Origin: Balanoglossus misakiensis
Taxonomy: Eukaryota; Animalia; Hemichordata
Length of the DNA: 64,000 nt
Direction of reading: 5' to 3'
Assembly (NCBI GenBank): GCA_040954595.2
Contig: CM082583.2
Span: 1,126,925 to 1,190,924, forward strand
The position numbers and the translations under genes are program-made. The notes beneath the pieces are model-generated. The model searched no databases. It saw nothing but the letters and a program-made list of their open reading frames with translations, and was not told the DNA's origin. Below, one piece after another: positions 52,936 through 64,000 of the stretch. Position 1 is the first letter of the stretch. Each line of letters opens with the position of its first letter.

Positions 52936-55869
52936 ATGGACTTTTCCGCGAGTGAGCAGTGGGAAACAATAATTAATTTAGAACGACAACATGGAAGACA
53001 AGACCAAGAAGATAACCAGGTAAGTAACACATTGTAAATTATTTAGATCAATGCCCAGTAATTTTTAATGACACATTATAATTATCCCACCCAAAGCTTT
53101 TTTCGCCCGTGGGTAACACATACTATCTGTACTATATATTTATATATATATATATATATATTTTTTTTTTTATGGTCCTCTCTTATTATCATTACATAAG
53201 AGTCAACACATCATTTTTGAACAATATTGTACTCCAAGAAATGGACTGCCCTGTGGATGTTATGTCAGTATATTTCATGTAATTCGTAAGCTATATTTTC
53301 TCTCCGTTAAAATGGGCGCGCATTGAATATATATGAGCTGATCGTCTGCGCGTAGCACGTACATCCCACTGTACATGTAGGCCTATGTACTAATTTTGCG
53401 CAGCGTGACTATCAGCGTCACACGCCCTCTCCCCATGATTGTACTGGCGAATAGTGTGGTAACGAGGATAAGCCAAACAGGAAGTGTATGCTATCTACAC
53501 TGAGTTTTAACCAGCGTGCGAAGTTTTATTTTATTTTATTTTTATCGCAACGAACGCAGTGGGCTCACACTCACTGTGAGTGTGAGTGTATTCTATGTGT
53601 ACCCAACTGGCTGTGCATTCGTCGCCGCGAATTGCAGTGTACGATTTCCTATCATTTTCACTCATCGATTTTACATAAATTCAACTCCCTTTATCACAAC
53701 AAGTTTGATGAAATACATTTTCATTGAAATATTAATCTCAAAAATTGTCCTGTTGCGATCGTAGAAGATGAGCAGTGACGCCCGCGAAATGTTACGGTGA
53801 TTATGTGACCTGGCGGTCTAGGGGCTTGCAAGCAAATTGCTACATTGTTGCATTGTAATCGCTGGGGTAGCTGTTCTCCCCAGTCACACGCCACTAATAC
53901 AGCACACGCGTGTTCAGGCATTGTTATACCATTAGCAATACCTCCACGCCAGCAGTTAGAGCTAATGACAGAATGATGTGCTATTTCAACAGGTGTTATC
54001 GCTCAACGAGGAAAGTGATTTGGGCGCGCAGCATGAAGAACCCAGTGCTCGCACGTCCGGCGAGAGTTTACCACAGTAAGTTTTTGCTCGATTTTATCGT
54101 AATCGGGGGTATCCTGTGTATTTGATGAAAACACACACACACAACAAACAAACTTGGGTATACGCTTAGTCAGCAACTATTTTTTTTTCTTTTTTCTTTT
54201 TAATCTTTGCTAGAGCAGATATACCATCACAAAGAGTGAACGAGGAAGTGTCAGAGACACAGCCTTTACCGAATCCAAAGAGCGTTATAATAAAACCGTC
54301 GGTCGGTCGCTGGTGATGACTTATTTTTTTTTTCAGGATGTAAAGACCTAATCAATCGTCTATTCACGTTGTAATATATTTTTCATCCTCGTAGAATCGA
54401 CACCACACCAAACAATAACACATCGGGTACACAAGAGGATGCATCGTCCTCTCCGAAGCAAATCAGGTAGGTTTAAATAGATTGTGTTTCTATTCACCTT
54501 AGGCGGGGTACTCGTTCTAACATGTATGGTTGTCTATCTGACTGCAAGGTCGTTTGTAAATTTATTATTGCAATTTTTTTTTCTCTCCCAGACTTCCGTC
54601 TACACACCTTGCTGTCACCGAACACCAGCCATCACCAGATTATATACAGGTCCTTCGTGAGACCACTAATCGCCCGGATGTCTATGGTGAGGAGAATGAT
54701 GAAGGCCGATCAACGTGCCCCCACTGTCCCCGCACATTTTCCAGACCAGGTGATTTGTGTCGTCACATCAACACCGTCCATGGGGAAAACCGCCTGTCGT
54801 GTGCCAGTTGTAGTAAGACGTTTACACGCAAAGACAACTTGGCAAGACACCAAAAGAGAGTGCATGACAACAAGAAAACAGGTACCGGTGGTGATGAAAA
54901 TGACCAGTTTCAGTGTCCCTGTTGTGACCTTACCTTCACCCGAAAGGACAACATGGCACGGCATTTAAAGGAAATACATCACCGCCTGGATTCCCAATAT
55001 AAATGCTCAATATGTGACATGGTATTTAAAAGAAAAGCACATCATGCCAGTCATTTGAAAATACATAAGAAGCTGTCTGTCACAAGTAACCCAACTCAAA
55101 ACCAAACACAGGTAAGATCACACAAACCACAGTCGCATGGTCATTAAAATCACATCACTTGAATACGACGTGTTATCAACCAAACTTCGTGAAATAAACC
55201 CTATGCCAGCACTGTTTATTATCACATTCTTCACAAAATAAAGCATCTGTGAAGAATAACGTTTACTGCGTAGTTCATACATGTACATGTTGGAAAGTAA
55301 CATTACTACTCTTGAACAGTCCTGTTCACACCTTTCTTACGTAATTGATTACATTTCAGAACCTCAACAACTTACCAAGTCCGAGTGTCAATACTCAGCA
55401 ACAATCAGCCGTAGAGCAGCTGACAGACGACAACATCTTGCAGCAGCTGGAGCAATTCCTGGACAACAGTCATCTGCCTCTGAACGAAATCGATACTGTC
55501 CTGGATATTGAGCAGCTTCTAAGCACTCCCCACCCGGACGAAAAGTTGGTCAGCGATTTGCTGACTTCAACCCTGTCGAACGACCAGATCTCCAACACGG
55601 CGTCAACCACGTCCAACAGTTTGTCGAACACCGTATCGCAGATGAGTACCATACCGTCATCCTTGACAAGCACCAGCAGTACCAGTATGATCAACTCCAT
55701 GACCAATACGTTGACGAACACCATGGTCAACAGGACACCAGCCAACACCCTTGCGAACACTGCGCCACTGTTCTTACAAAGTTCACTGAGCAGCAACGCC
55801 TCCGATACTCTAAACGACTACCAAGTGGGGAACATTAATACATCTACCACACCAATGGGAATATCATGA
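52936..55869 (+). CDS. Spliced C2H2 zinc-finger protein (4 fingers, Ser/Thr-rich C-terminus). Model exons 52936-53019, 53993-54075, 54395-54466, 54592-55111, 55360-55869 (~422 aa); possible extra exon from 54214
   Basis: Fingers CPHC..HINTVH, CASC..HQKRVH, CPCC..HLKEIH and CSIC..HLKIH. GT-AG introns have compatible phases (donors GTAAGT 53020, GTAAGT 54076, GTAGGT 54467, GTAAGA 55112; acceptors ending 53992, 54394, 54591, 55359), and 1269 nt is open to TGA. The last three exons are well supported, the first two less so. Confidence 0.78.
53133..53172. repeat. (TA)n + poly(T) simple repeat in intron 1 of the zinc-finger gene
   Basis: Directly visible. Confidence 0.85.
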
Positions 55870-55874
55870 ACACA

Positions 55875-56172
55875 AATTTGAATCTGTTTTCAAACAGCTC
55901 CGTGCAGTGCCTTTGCCAATGATTATGCTGTACATTATTCAATGTTCAAGTTTGACCACAGTTGTCTGTTTTATAATCTTGTGAATTGCTATACGTTTAT
56001 TTGTTTGTTTGTTTGTTTGTTTGTTTGTTTTTAGAAAATAAAAACAACTGTTCATGGGGTTGTTGTTGCTGATCTGGCGTTTTGCTTGTATGTGTGTGAG
56101 TGAATGCATAAGAGTCATGTCATTTAGCGACGAATCAAGTTAAATTTATAGATTTATTGGTTTAAACACTAG
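55875..56172 (+). repeat. ~300-bp 3' block, copy 2; AATAAA at 56037-56042; contains (GTTT)n
   Basis: Begins 5 bp after the zinc-finger gene stop; direct repeat of 52247-52543. Confidence 0.9.
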
Positions 56173-56199
56173 TATTAGGTGTAGCAATAACAAGACGAG

Positions 56200-59100
56200 A
56201 ATTAAAGCTGCAAGCAGCATTGTCCGGGCCCAAGCTCTATTATCTGATCTGATTATTAGATATGCATATAATTAATGAGTAGAAACATAATGCTGTGTTT
56301 TATTCCATGAAATATCAAGGTTATATCTATGTTTGGTGTTGATATAGTGTTAAGTAGGTCAAAGGTCACCCAGAGGTCACCCATAATTTTGGCAGAAAAT
56401 TTTGACCCATAGTCGTCCATGTCCAACAAAAACCAGACCTCTAGCCCTTTTGGTTAGCCCGGAATTAGGTATGCACATAAATAATGAGTTAAGCAGGTGT
56501 CACAGGTGACCCAAAACTTTGGCTTTTCATTATGGCCCCATACCTCCAAACACCAAGGCTGTATCTGCTGTGGATGTCGAGATATGCAAAAGTAGGTCAA
56601 AGGTCACCCGAGGTCACCCAACATTTGGGCAAAATATTTTGACCCCATACTGGTCCATGTATAACAAAAACAAAACCTCTAGGTCTATTGGTTCATCATT
56701 AATTAGGTATGCGCATATTTGATGAGGTCACCAGAGGTCAAAGGGGTCATGAAAAGTAGCAAAATTTTTTGATCACATACAAATCCACATACATCAAAAA
56801 CCAAACTTATAGCCCTATTGGTTAGCCTGGAATTAGATATGCAGAAAAATGATGCGTCAAAAGTAGGTCAAAGGTCATTGCCAAAATTACCAAAATATTT
56901 ATAGCTTATTCTTTTCATATGATGATTCATATCCATAAAAAGAATTTCTGTGCTATCAATTTTTAGGCTAGAAAAGGAATTTTTACTTTTTAATCGTTTT
57001 TCACAAAATCCAATATGGCCGCCATAATCTTCGACCAATCACATTCCCCTTCGCAAACTTGATAGACATCTGTTTAATGACCACACACACCAAATCTTGT
57101 GACTCGGTTATCGCCCGTTCTTGAGAAGAAGATTTTTGAAGTTTTACTATGGTTTTTCGAAAATCCAATATGGCCGCCATAATCTTCGACCAATCACAAT
57201 GATCTTCGCAAACTTGATAGACATCAGTTAGGTGACCACATACCCCAAACCGCGTGACTCAGTTATCACCGGTTCTGGAGTAGAAGATTTTTGAAATTTA
57301 AGCCAGATTTCAGAAAAAAAATTGTAGCAAAAAAACTGCAACATTTACAGCAAAATATCCAATTACAAAAATGATGGGTAGAAGGTAGACTACCTGCACA
57401 CCAAATTTGAAGTCGATCTGACTTGTAGTTTCTGAGATCTGAGATTTGCATTTTTTCAGAAAATCCAATATGGCCGCCAGGTCACGTGACTAATTAAAAA
57501 TTAAAGGGTTCAATGCACGACTACTCATTGACCTTGACCACTGTAGCAAGTTTCAGAAGTGTACCTGCAGCGGTGTCTGAGATCTAGAGCGACAAAGAAT
57601 TGACAGAAGAATAAAGAAAGAAAGAAAGAAAGACAGAATTAAAGCTGCAAGCAGCATTGTCCGGGCCCAAGCTGTATTATCTGATCAGATTATTAGATAT
57701 GCACATAATTAATGAGTAGAAACATAATGCTGTGTTTTATCCCATGAAATATCAAGGTTATATCTATGTTTGGTGTTGATATAGTGTTAAGTAGGTCAAA
57801 GGTCACCCAGAGGTCACCCACAATTTGGGCAGAAAATTTTGACCCATAGTGGTCCATGTCCAACAAAAACCAGACCTCTATCCCTTTTGGTTAGCCCGGA
57901 ATTAGGTATGCACATAAATAATGAGTTAAGCAGGTGTCACAGGTGACCCAAAACTTTGGCTTTTCATTATGGCCCCATACCTCCAAACGCCAAGGCTGTA
58001 TCTGCTGTGGATGTCGAGATATGCAAAAGTAGGTCAAAGGTCATCCGAGGTCACCCAACATTTGGGCAAAAAATTTGACCAATACTGGTTCATGTCCAAC
58101 AAAAACCAAACCTCTAGGTCTATTGGTTCATCTGTAATTAGGTATGCGCATATTTAATGAGGTCAGCAGAGGTCAAAGGGGTCATGAAAAGTAGCGAAAT
58201 TTTTTGATCGCATACAAATCCACATACATCAAAAACCAAACTTATAGCCCTATTGGTTAGCCTGGAATTAGATATGCAGAAAAATGATGCGTCAAAAGTA
58301 GGTCAAAGGTCATTGCCAAAATTACCAAAATATTTATAGCTTATTCTTGGCATATGATGATTCATATCCATAAAAAGAATTTCTGTGCTATCAATTTTTA
58401 GGCTAGAAAGGGAATTTTTACTTTTTAATCGTTTTTCACAAAATCCAATATGGCCGCCATAATCTTTGACCAATCACATTCATCTTCGCAAACTTGATAG
58501 ACATCTGTTTAATGACCACACACACCAAATCTTGTGACTCAGTTATCGCCGGTTCTTGAGAAGAAGATTTTTGAAATTTTACTAGGGTTTTTCGAAAATC
58601 CAATATGGCCGCCAAAATCTTCGACCAATCACAATGATCTTCGCAAACTTGATAGACCTCAGTTTGGTGACCACATACCCCAAACCGCGTGACTTGGTTA
58701 TCGCCGGTTCTGGAGAAGAAGATTTTTGAAATTTTGACCAGATTTCAGAAAAACAACTGTAGCAAAAAAACTGCAACATTGACAGCATAATTTCCATTAC
58801 AAAAATGTTTGCCAGAAGGTAGTCTACCTGCACGCCAAATTTGAAGTCGATCTGACTTGTAGTTTCTGAGATCTGAGATTTGCATTTTTTCAGAAAATCC
58901 AAGATGGCCGCCAGGTCATGTGACTAATTAAAAATTCATGGGTTCAATGCACGACTACTCATTGACCTTGACCACTGTAGCAAGTTTGAGAACTGTACCT
59001 GCAGTGGTGTCTGAGATCTAGAGCGACAAAGAAATGACAGAAGAATAAAGAAAGAAGAAAGAAAGACAGATTAAAGCTGCAAGCAGCATTGTCCGGGCCC

Positions 59101-62100
59101 AAGCTCTATTATCTGATCTGATATCAGATATGCACATAATTAATGAGTAGAAACATAATGCTGTTTTATCCCATGAAATATCAAGGTTATATGTATGTTT
59201 GGTGCTGTTAAAGTGTTAAGTAGGTCAAAGGTCACCCAGAGGTCACCCAACATTTGGGCAGAAAATTTTGACCCATAGTGGTCCATGTCCAACAAAAACC
59301 AGACCTCTAGCCCTTTTGGTTAGCCTGGAATTAGGTATGCACATAAATAATGCGTAAAGCAGGTGTCACAGGTGACCCAAAACTTTGGCTTTTCATTATG
59401 GCCCCATACCTCCAAATGCCAAGGCTGTACCTGCATTGGATGCCGAGATATGCAAAAGTACGTCAAAGGTCATCTGAGGTCATCCACAATTTGGGCAGAA
59501 AATTTTGACCCATAGTGGTCCATGTCCAACAAAAAACAGACCTCTAGCCCTTTTGGTTAGCCTAGAATTAGGTATGCACATAATTAATGAGTTAAGCAGG
59601 TGTCACAGGTGACCCAAAACTTTGGCTTTTCATTATGGCCCCATACCTCCAAACGCCAAGGCTGTATCTGCTGTGGATGTCAAGATATGCAAAAGTAGGT
59701 CAAAGGTCACCCGAGGTCATCCAAAATTTGTGCAGAAAATTTTGACCCATAGTGGTCCATGTCCAACAAAAAACAGACCTCTAGCCCTTTTGGTTAGCCT
59801 AGAATTAGGTATGCACATAATTAATGAGTTAAGCAGGTGTCACAGGTGACCCAAAACTTTGGCTTTTCATTACCTCCAAACGCCAAGGCTGTATCTGCTG
59901 TGGATGTCAAGATATGCAAAAGTAGGTCAAAGGTCACCCGAGGTCACCCAACATTTGGGCAAAATATTTTGACCCCATACTGGTCCATGTATAACAAAAA
60001 CAAAACTTCTAGGTCTATTGGTTCATCTGTAATTAGGTATGTGCATATTTAATGAGGTCACCAGAGGTCAAAGGGGTCATGAAAAGTAGCAAAATTTTTG
60101 GATCACATACAAATCCACATACATCAAAAACCAAACTTATAGCCCTATTGGTTAGCCTGGAATTAGATATGCAGAAAAGTAGGTCAAAGGTCATTGCCAA
60201 AATTACCAAAATATTTATAGCTTATTCTTGACATATGATGATTCATATCCGTAAAAAGAATTTCTGTGCTATCAATTTTTAGGCTAGAAAGGGAATTTTT
60301 ACTTTTTAATCGTTTTTCACAAAATCCAATATGGCCGCCATAATCTTCGACCAATCACATTCCTCTTCGCAAATTTGATAGACATCTGTTTAATGACCAC
60401 ACACACCAAATCTTGTGACTCATTTATCGCCGGTTCTTGAGAAGAAGATTTTTGAAATTTTACTATGGTTTTTCGAAAATCCAATATGGCCGCCATAATC
60501 TTCAACCAATCACAATGATCTTCGCAAACTTGATAGACATCAGTTAGGTGACCACATACCCCAAACCGCGTGACTCGGTTATCACTGGTTCTGGAGAAGA
60601 AGATTTTTGAAATTTAAGCCAGATTTTAGAAAAAAAATTGTAGCAAAAAATTGCAACTTTGTCAGTATAATTTCCAATTACAAAAATGATTGCCAGAAGG
60701 TAGTCTACCAGCATGCCAAATTTGAAGTCGATCTGACTTGTAGTTTCTGAGATCTGAGATTTGCATTTTTTCAGAAAATCCAAGATGGCCGCCAGGTCAT
60801 TTGACTAATTAAAAATTCAAGGGTTCGATGCACGACTACTCATTGACCTTGACCACTGTAGCAAGTTTCAGAAGTGTACCTGCAGCGGTGTCTGAGATCT
60901 CGTGGGTCAAAGAATTGACACAAGAATAAAGAAAGAAAGAAAGATTAAAGCTGCGAGCAGCATTGTCGGGCCCAAGCGCTGATCTTGAATTATATATGCA
61001 CAGTATGAATGAGAAGAAACAGAATTTTCTATCGGATGTATTATATCTTGACATAACAAGGATGTGTGTATTTTTGCTGCTTAAATAGGGTGAAGTAGGT
61101 CAAAGGTCACCTGAGGTCACCCAACATTTGGGCAATTTTTTTTTACCCATACTGGTCCATGTCCAACAAAAACCAAAACTCTAGCTCTATTGGTTCACCT
61201 GTAATTAGGTATGTGCATATTTAATGAGGTCAACAGGTGTCACAGATGACCCAAAAATTTGGCTTTACATTTTGGTCCCATCCTACCAAATGCCATGGCT
61301 GTATCTGCTCTGGATGCTGAGATATGCGAAAGTAGGTCAAAGGTCACCAGAGGTCACCAATAATTTGGGCAAAAAATGTTGATCCCATACTGGTCCATGT
61401 CCAACAAAAACAAAACCTCTAGCTCTATTGGTTCGCCTGTAATTAGCTATGTACATAATTAATGAGGTCAGCTGAGGTCAAAGGGGTCATGAAAAGTAGC
61501 AAAATATTTTGATCACACACTAATCCACATTCATCAAAAACCAAACGTCTAGCCATATAGGTTAGCCTGGAATTAGATATGCAGAAATAATAACGCGTGA
61601 TAGGTAGGTCAAAGGTCATGTGAAAAATCGCCAAAAAATTATAACATATTTTAGTCACATGACGATTGATATCCGTAAAAAGAATTTGTATGCTATCAAT
61701 TTTTAGACTAGAAAAAGGATTTTCAATTTTTCGCTGCTTTTTACAAAATCCAATATGGCCGCCATAATCTTTGACCAATCACAATGCTCTTTGCAAACAT
61801 GATAGACATCAGTGTAGTGACGATACTCCCCGAATCTTGCGACTCAGTCATCGCCCGTTCTGGAGAAGAAGATTTTTGGAGTTTAACTATGGTTTTTCGA
61901 AAATCCAATATGGCCGCCATAATCTTCGACCAATCACAATGATCTTCGCAAACTTGATAGACATCAGTTAGGTGACCACATACCCTAAACCGCGTGTCTC
62001 GGTTATCACCGGTTCTGGAGAAGAAGATTTTTTTAAATTTAAGCCAGATTTCAGAAAAAAAATTGTAGCAAAAAAACTGCAACATTGACAGCAAAATTTC

Positions 62101-64000
62101 CAATTACAAAAATGATGAGTAGAAGGTAGTCTACCTGCATGCCAAATTTGAAGTCGATCTGACTTGTAGTTTCTGAGATCTGAGATTTGCATTTTTTCAG
62201 AAAATCCAATATGGCCGCCAAGTCACGTGACTAATTAAGTATTCACAAATCACTGCACATCTACTCATTGACCTTGACCACTGTAGCAAGTTTGAGCAGT
62301 GTACCTGCAGTAGTTTCTGAGATTTAGTTGGCCGAAGAATTGACAGGAGAATAAAGAAAGAAAGAAAGAAAGAATTAAAGCTGCAAGCAGCATTGTCCGG
62401 GCCCAAGCTCTATTATCTGATCTGATTATTAGATATGCACTTAATTAATGAGTAGAAACATAATGCTGTGTTTTATCCCATGAAACATCTATGTTTGGTG
62501 TTGACATAGTGTTAAGTAGGTCAAAGGTCACCCAGAGGTCACCCACAATTTGGGCAGAAAATTTTGACCAATAGTGGTCCATGTCCAACAAAAACCAGAC
62601 CTCTAGCCCTTTTGGTTAGCCCGGAATTAGGTATGCACATAAATAGTGAGTAAAGCAGGCGTCACAGGTGACCCAAAACTTTGGCTTTTCATTATGGCCC
62701 CATACCTCCAAATGCCAAGGCTGTGCCTGCTTTGGATGCTGAGATATGCAAAAGTAGGTCAAAGGTCATCTGAGGTCATCCAAAATTTGGGCAAAAAAAT
62801 TTGACCCCATACTGGTCCATGTCCAACAAAAACCAAACCTGTAGCTCAATTGGTTCGCCTGTAATTAGCTATGCACATAATTAATGAGGTCAGCAGAGGT
62901 CAAAGGGGTCATGAAAAGTAGCAAAATATTTTGATCACACACTAATCCACATGCATCAAAAACAAAACGTCTTGCCCTATAGGTTAGCCTGGAAATAGAT
63001 ATGCAGAAATAATAATGTGTGAAAAGTAGGTCAAAGGTCATGTGAGAAATCGCCAAAAATTTGTAACATATTGTAGTCATATGACGATTGATATCCATAA
63101 AAAGAATTTGTATGCTATTAGTTTTTATACTAGAAAAAGGAATTTTAATTTTTCACTGCTTTTTACAAAATCCAATATGGCCGCCATAATCTTCGACCAA
63201 TCACATTCCTCTTCCCAAACTTGATAGACATCTGTTTAATGACCACACACACCAAATCTTGCGACTCGGTTATTGCCGGTTCTTGAGAAGAAGATTTTTG
63301 AAATTTTACTAGGGTTTTTCGAAAATCCAATATGGCCGCCATAATCTTCGACCAATCACAATGATCTTCGCAAACTTGATAGACATCAGTTAGGTGACCA
63401 CATACCCCAAACCCCGTGTCTCGGTTATCACCGGTTCTGGAGAAGAAGATTTTTGAAATTTAAGCCAGATTTCAGAAAAAAAATTGTAGCAAAAAAACTG
63501 CAACTTTGTCAGCATAATTTCCAATTACAAAAATGATTGACAGAAGGTAGTCTACCTGCACGCCAAATTTGAAGTTGATCTGACTTGTAGTTTCTGAGAT
63601 CTGAGATTTTCATTTTTTCAGAAAATCCAAGATGGCCGCCAGGTCATGTGACTAATTAAAAATTCATGGGTTCAATGCACGACTACTCATTGACCTTGAC
63701 CACTGTAGCAAGTTTGAGAACTGTACCTGCAGTGGTGTCTGAGATCTAGAGCGACAAAGAATTGACAGAAGAATAAAGAAAGAAGAAAGAAAGAATTAAA
63801 GCTGCAAGCAGCATTGTCGGGCCCAAGCGCTGATCTTGAATTATATATGCACAGTATGAATGAGAAGAAACATAATTTTCTATCGGGTGTATTATCTCAT
63901 GACATAACAAGGGCGTATGTATTTTTGCAGCTGAAATAGGGTAAAGTAGGTCAAAGGTCACCTGAGGTCATCCAACATTTGGGCAAAATATTTTGACCCA
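56200..64000 (-). mobile_element. Tandem array of ~1.43-kb non-autonomous Helentron/DINE-1-like (HINE) elements, 5 full units plus a partial unit at the window edge
   Basis: ATTAAAGCTGCRAGCAGC recurs at 56201, 57638, 59070, 60944, 62374 and 63795 (spacings 1437, 1432, 1874, 1430, 1421). On the minus strand each unit ends GCTTGGGCCC...GCTGC-TT-GCAGC-TTTAAT (subterminal repeat plus short hairpin), starts with a (TTTC)n microsatellite and has internal ~240- and ~155-bp subrepeats. The tandem repeat is certain; the family assignment comes from architecture. Confidence 0.72.

Noticed and set aside
52991-53019. Alternative zinc-finger start MEDKTKKIT spliced directly to 54395
   Set aside because: It is phase-compatible but skips a well-formed exon at 53993-54075, and the ATG at 52936 is upstream in good context. 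It cannot be excluded without transcripts.
56519-63961. Short ORFs in the 1.43-kb repeat array
   Set aside because: They are inconsistent between units, on both strands, and show no Rep, helicase or transposase motifs.

Overview
This is eukaryotic (metazoan, probably marine invertebrate) repeat-rich DNA with three zones. (1) Bases 1-49101 are a head-to-tail macrosatellite of about 24 units, modal length about 2.05 kb. Each unit has a ~250-bp unique core, about 11 x 81-bp subrepeats alternating as a 162-bp dimer, and an AT-rich block of about 3 degenerate ~330-bp subrepeats. One 5'-truncated L2-clade LINE was amplified with the array into three consecutive units, and a second 187-bp L2 3' end sits in another unit. 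(2) At 49102 the array breaks mid-subrepeat into a sequence starting AGTAGT, a candidate Polinton/Maverick-type terminus. It is followed by a (GAG)n tract, a TATA box and an intronless ankyrin + SOCS-box gene (298 aa reconstructed) disrupted by a 1495-bp TIR element with an ATT target duplication. After that come a 112-bp pre-insertion copy of the same junction and a spliced four-finger C2H2 gene. The two unrelated genes end in the same ~300-bp 3' block. (3) Bases 56200-64000 are a tandem concatemer of ~1.43-kb Helentron/DINE-like non-autonomous elements rich in AGGTCAAAGGTCA and YY1-like motifs. Almost all short ORFs in the supplied track are repeat artefacts. No database searches were run, so family assignments rest on motif recognition.
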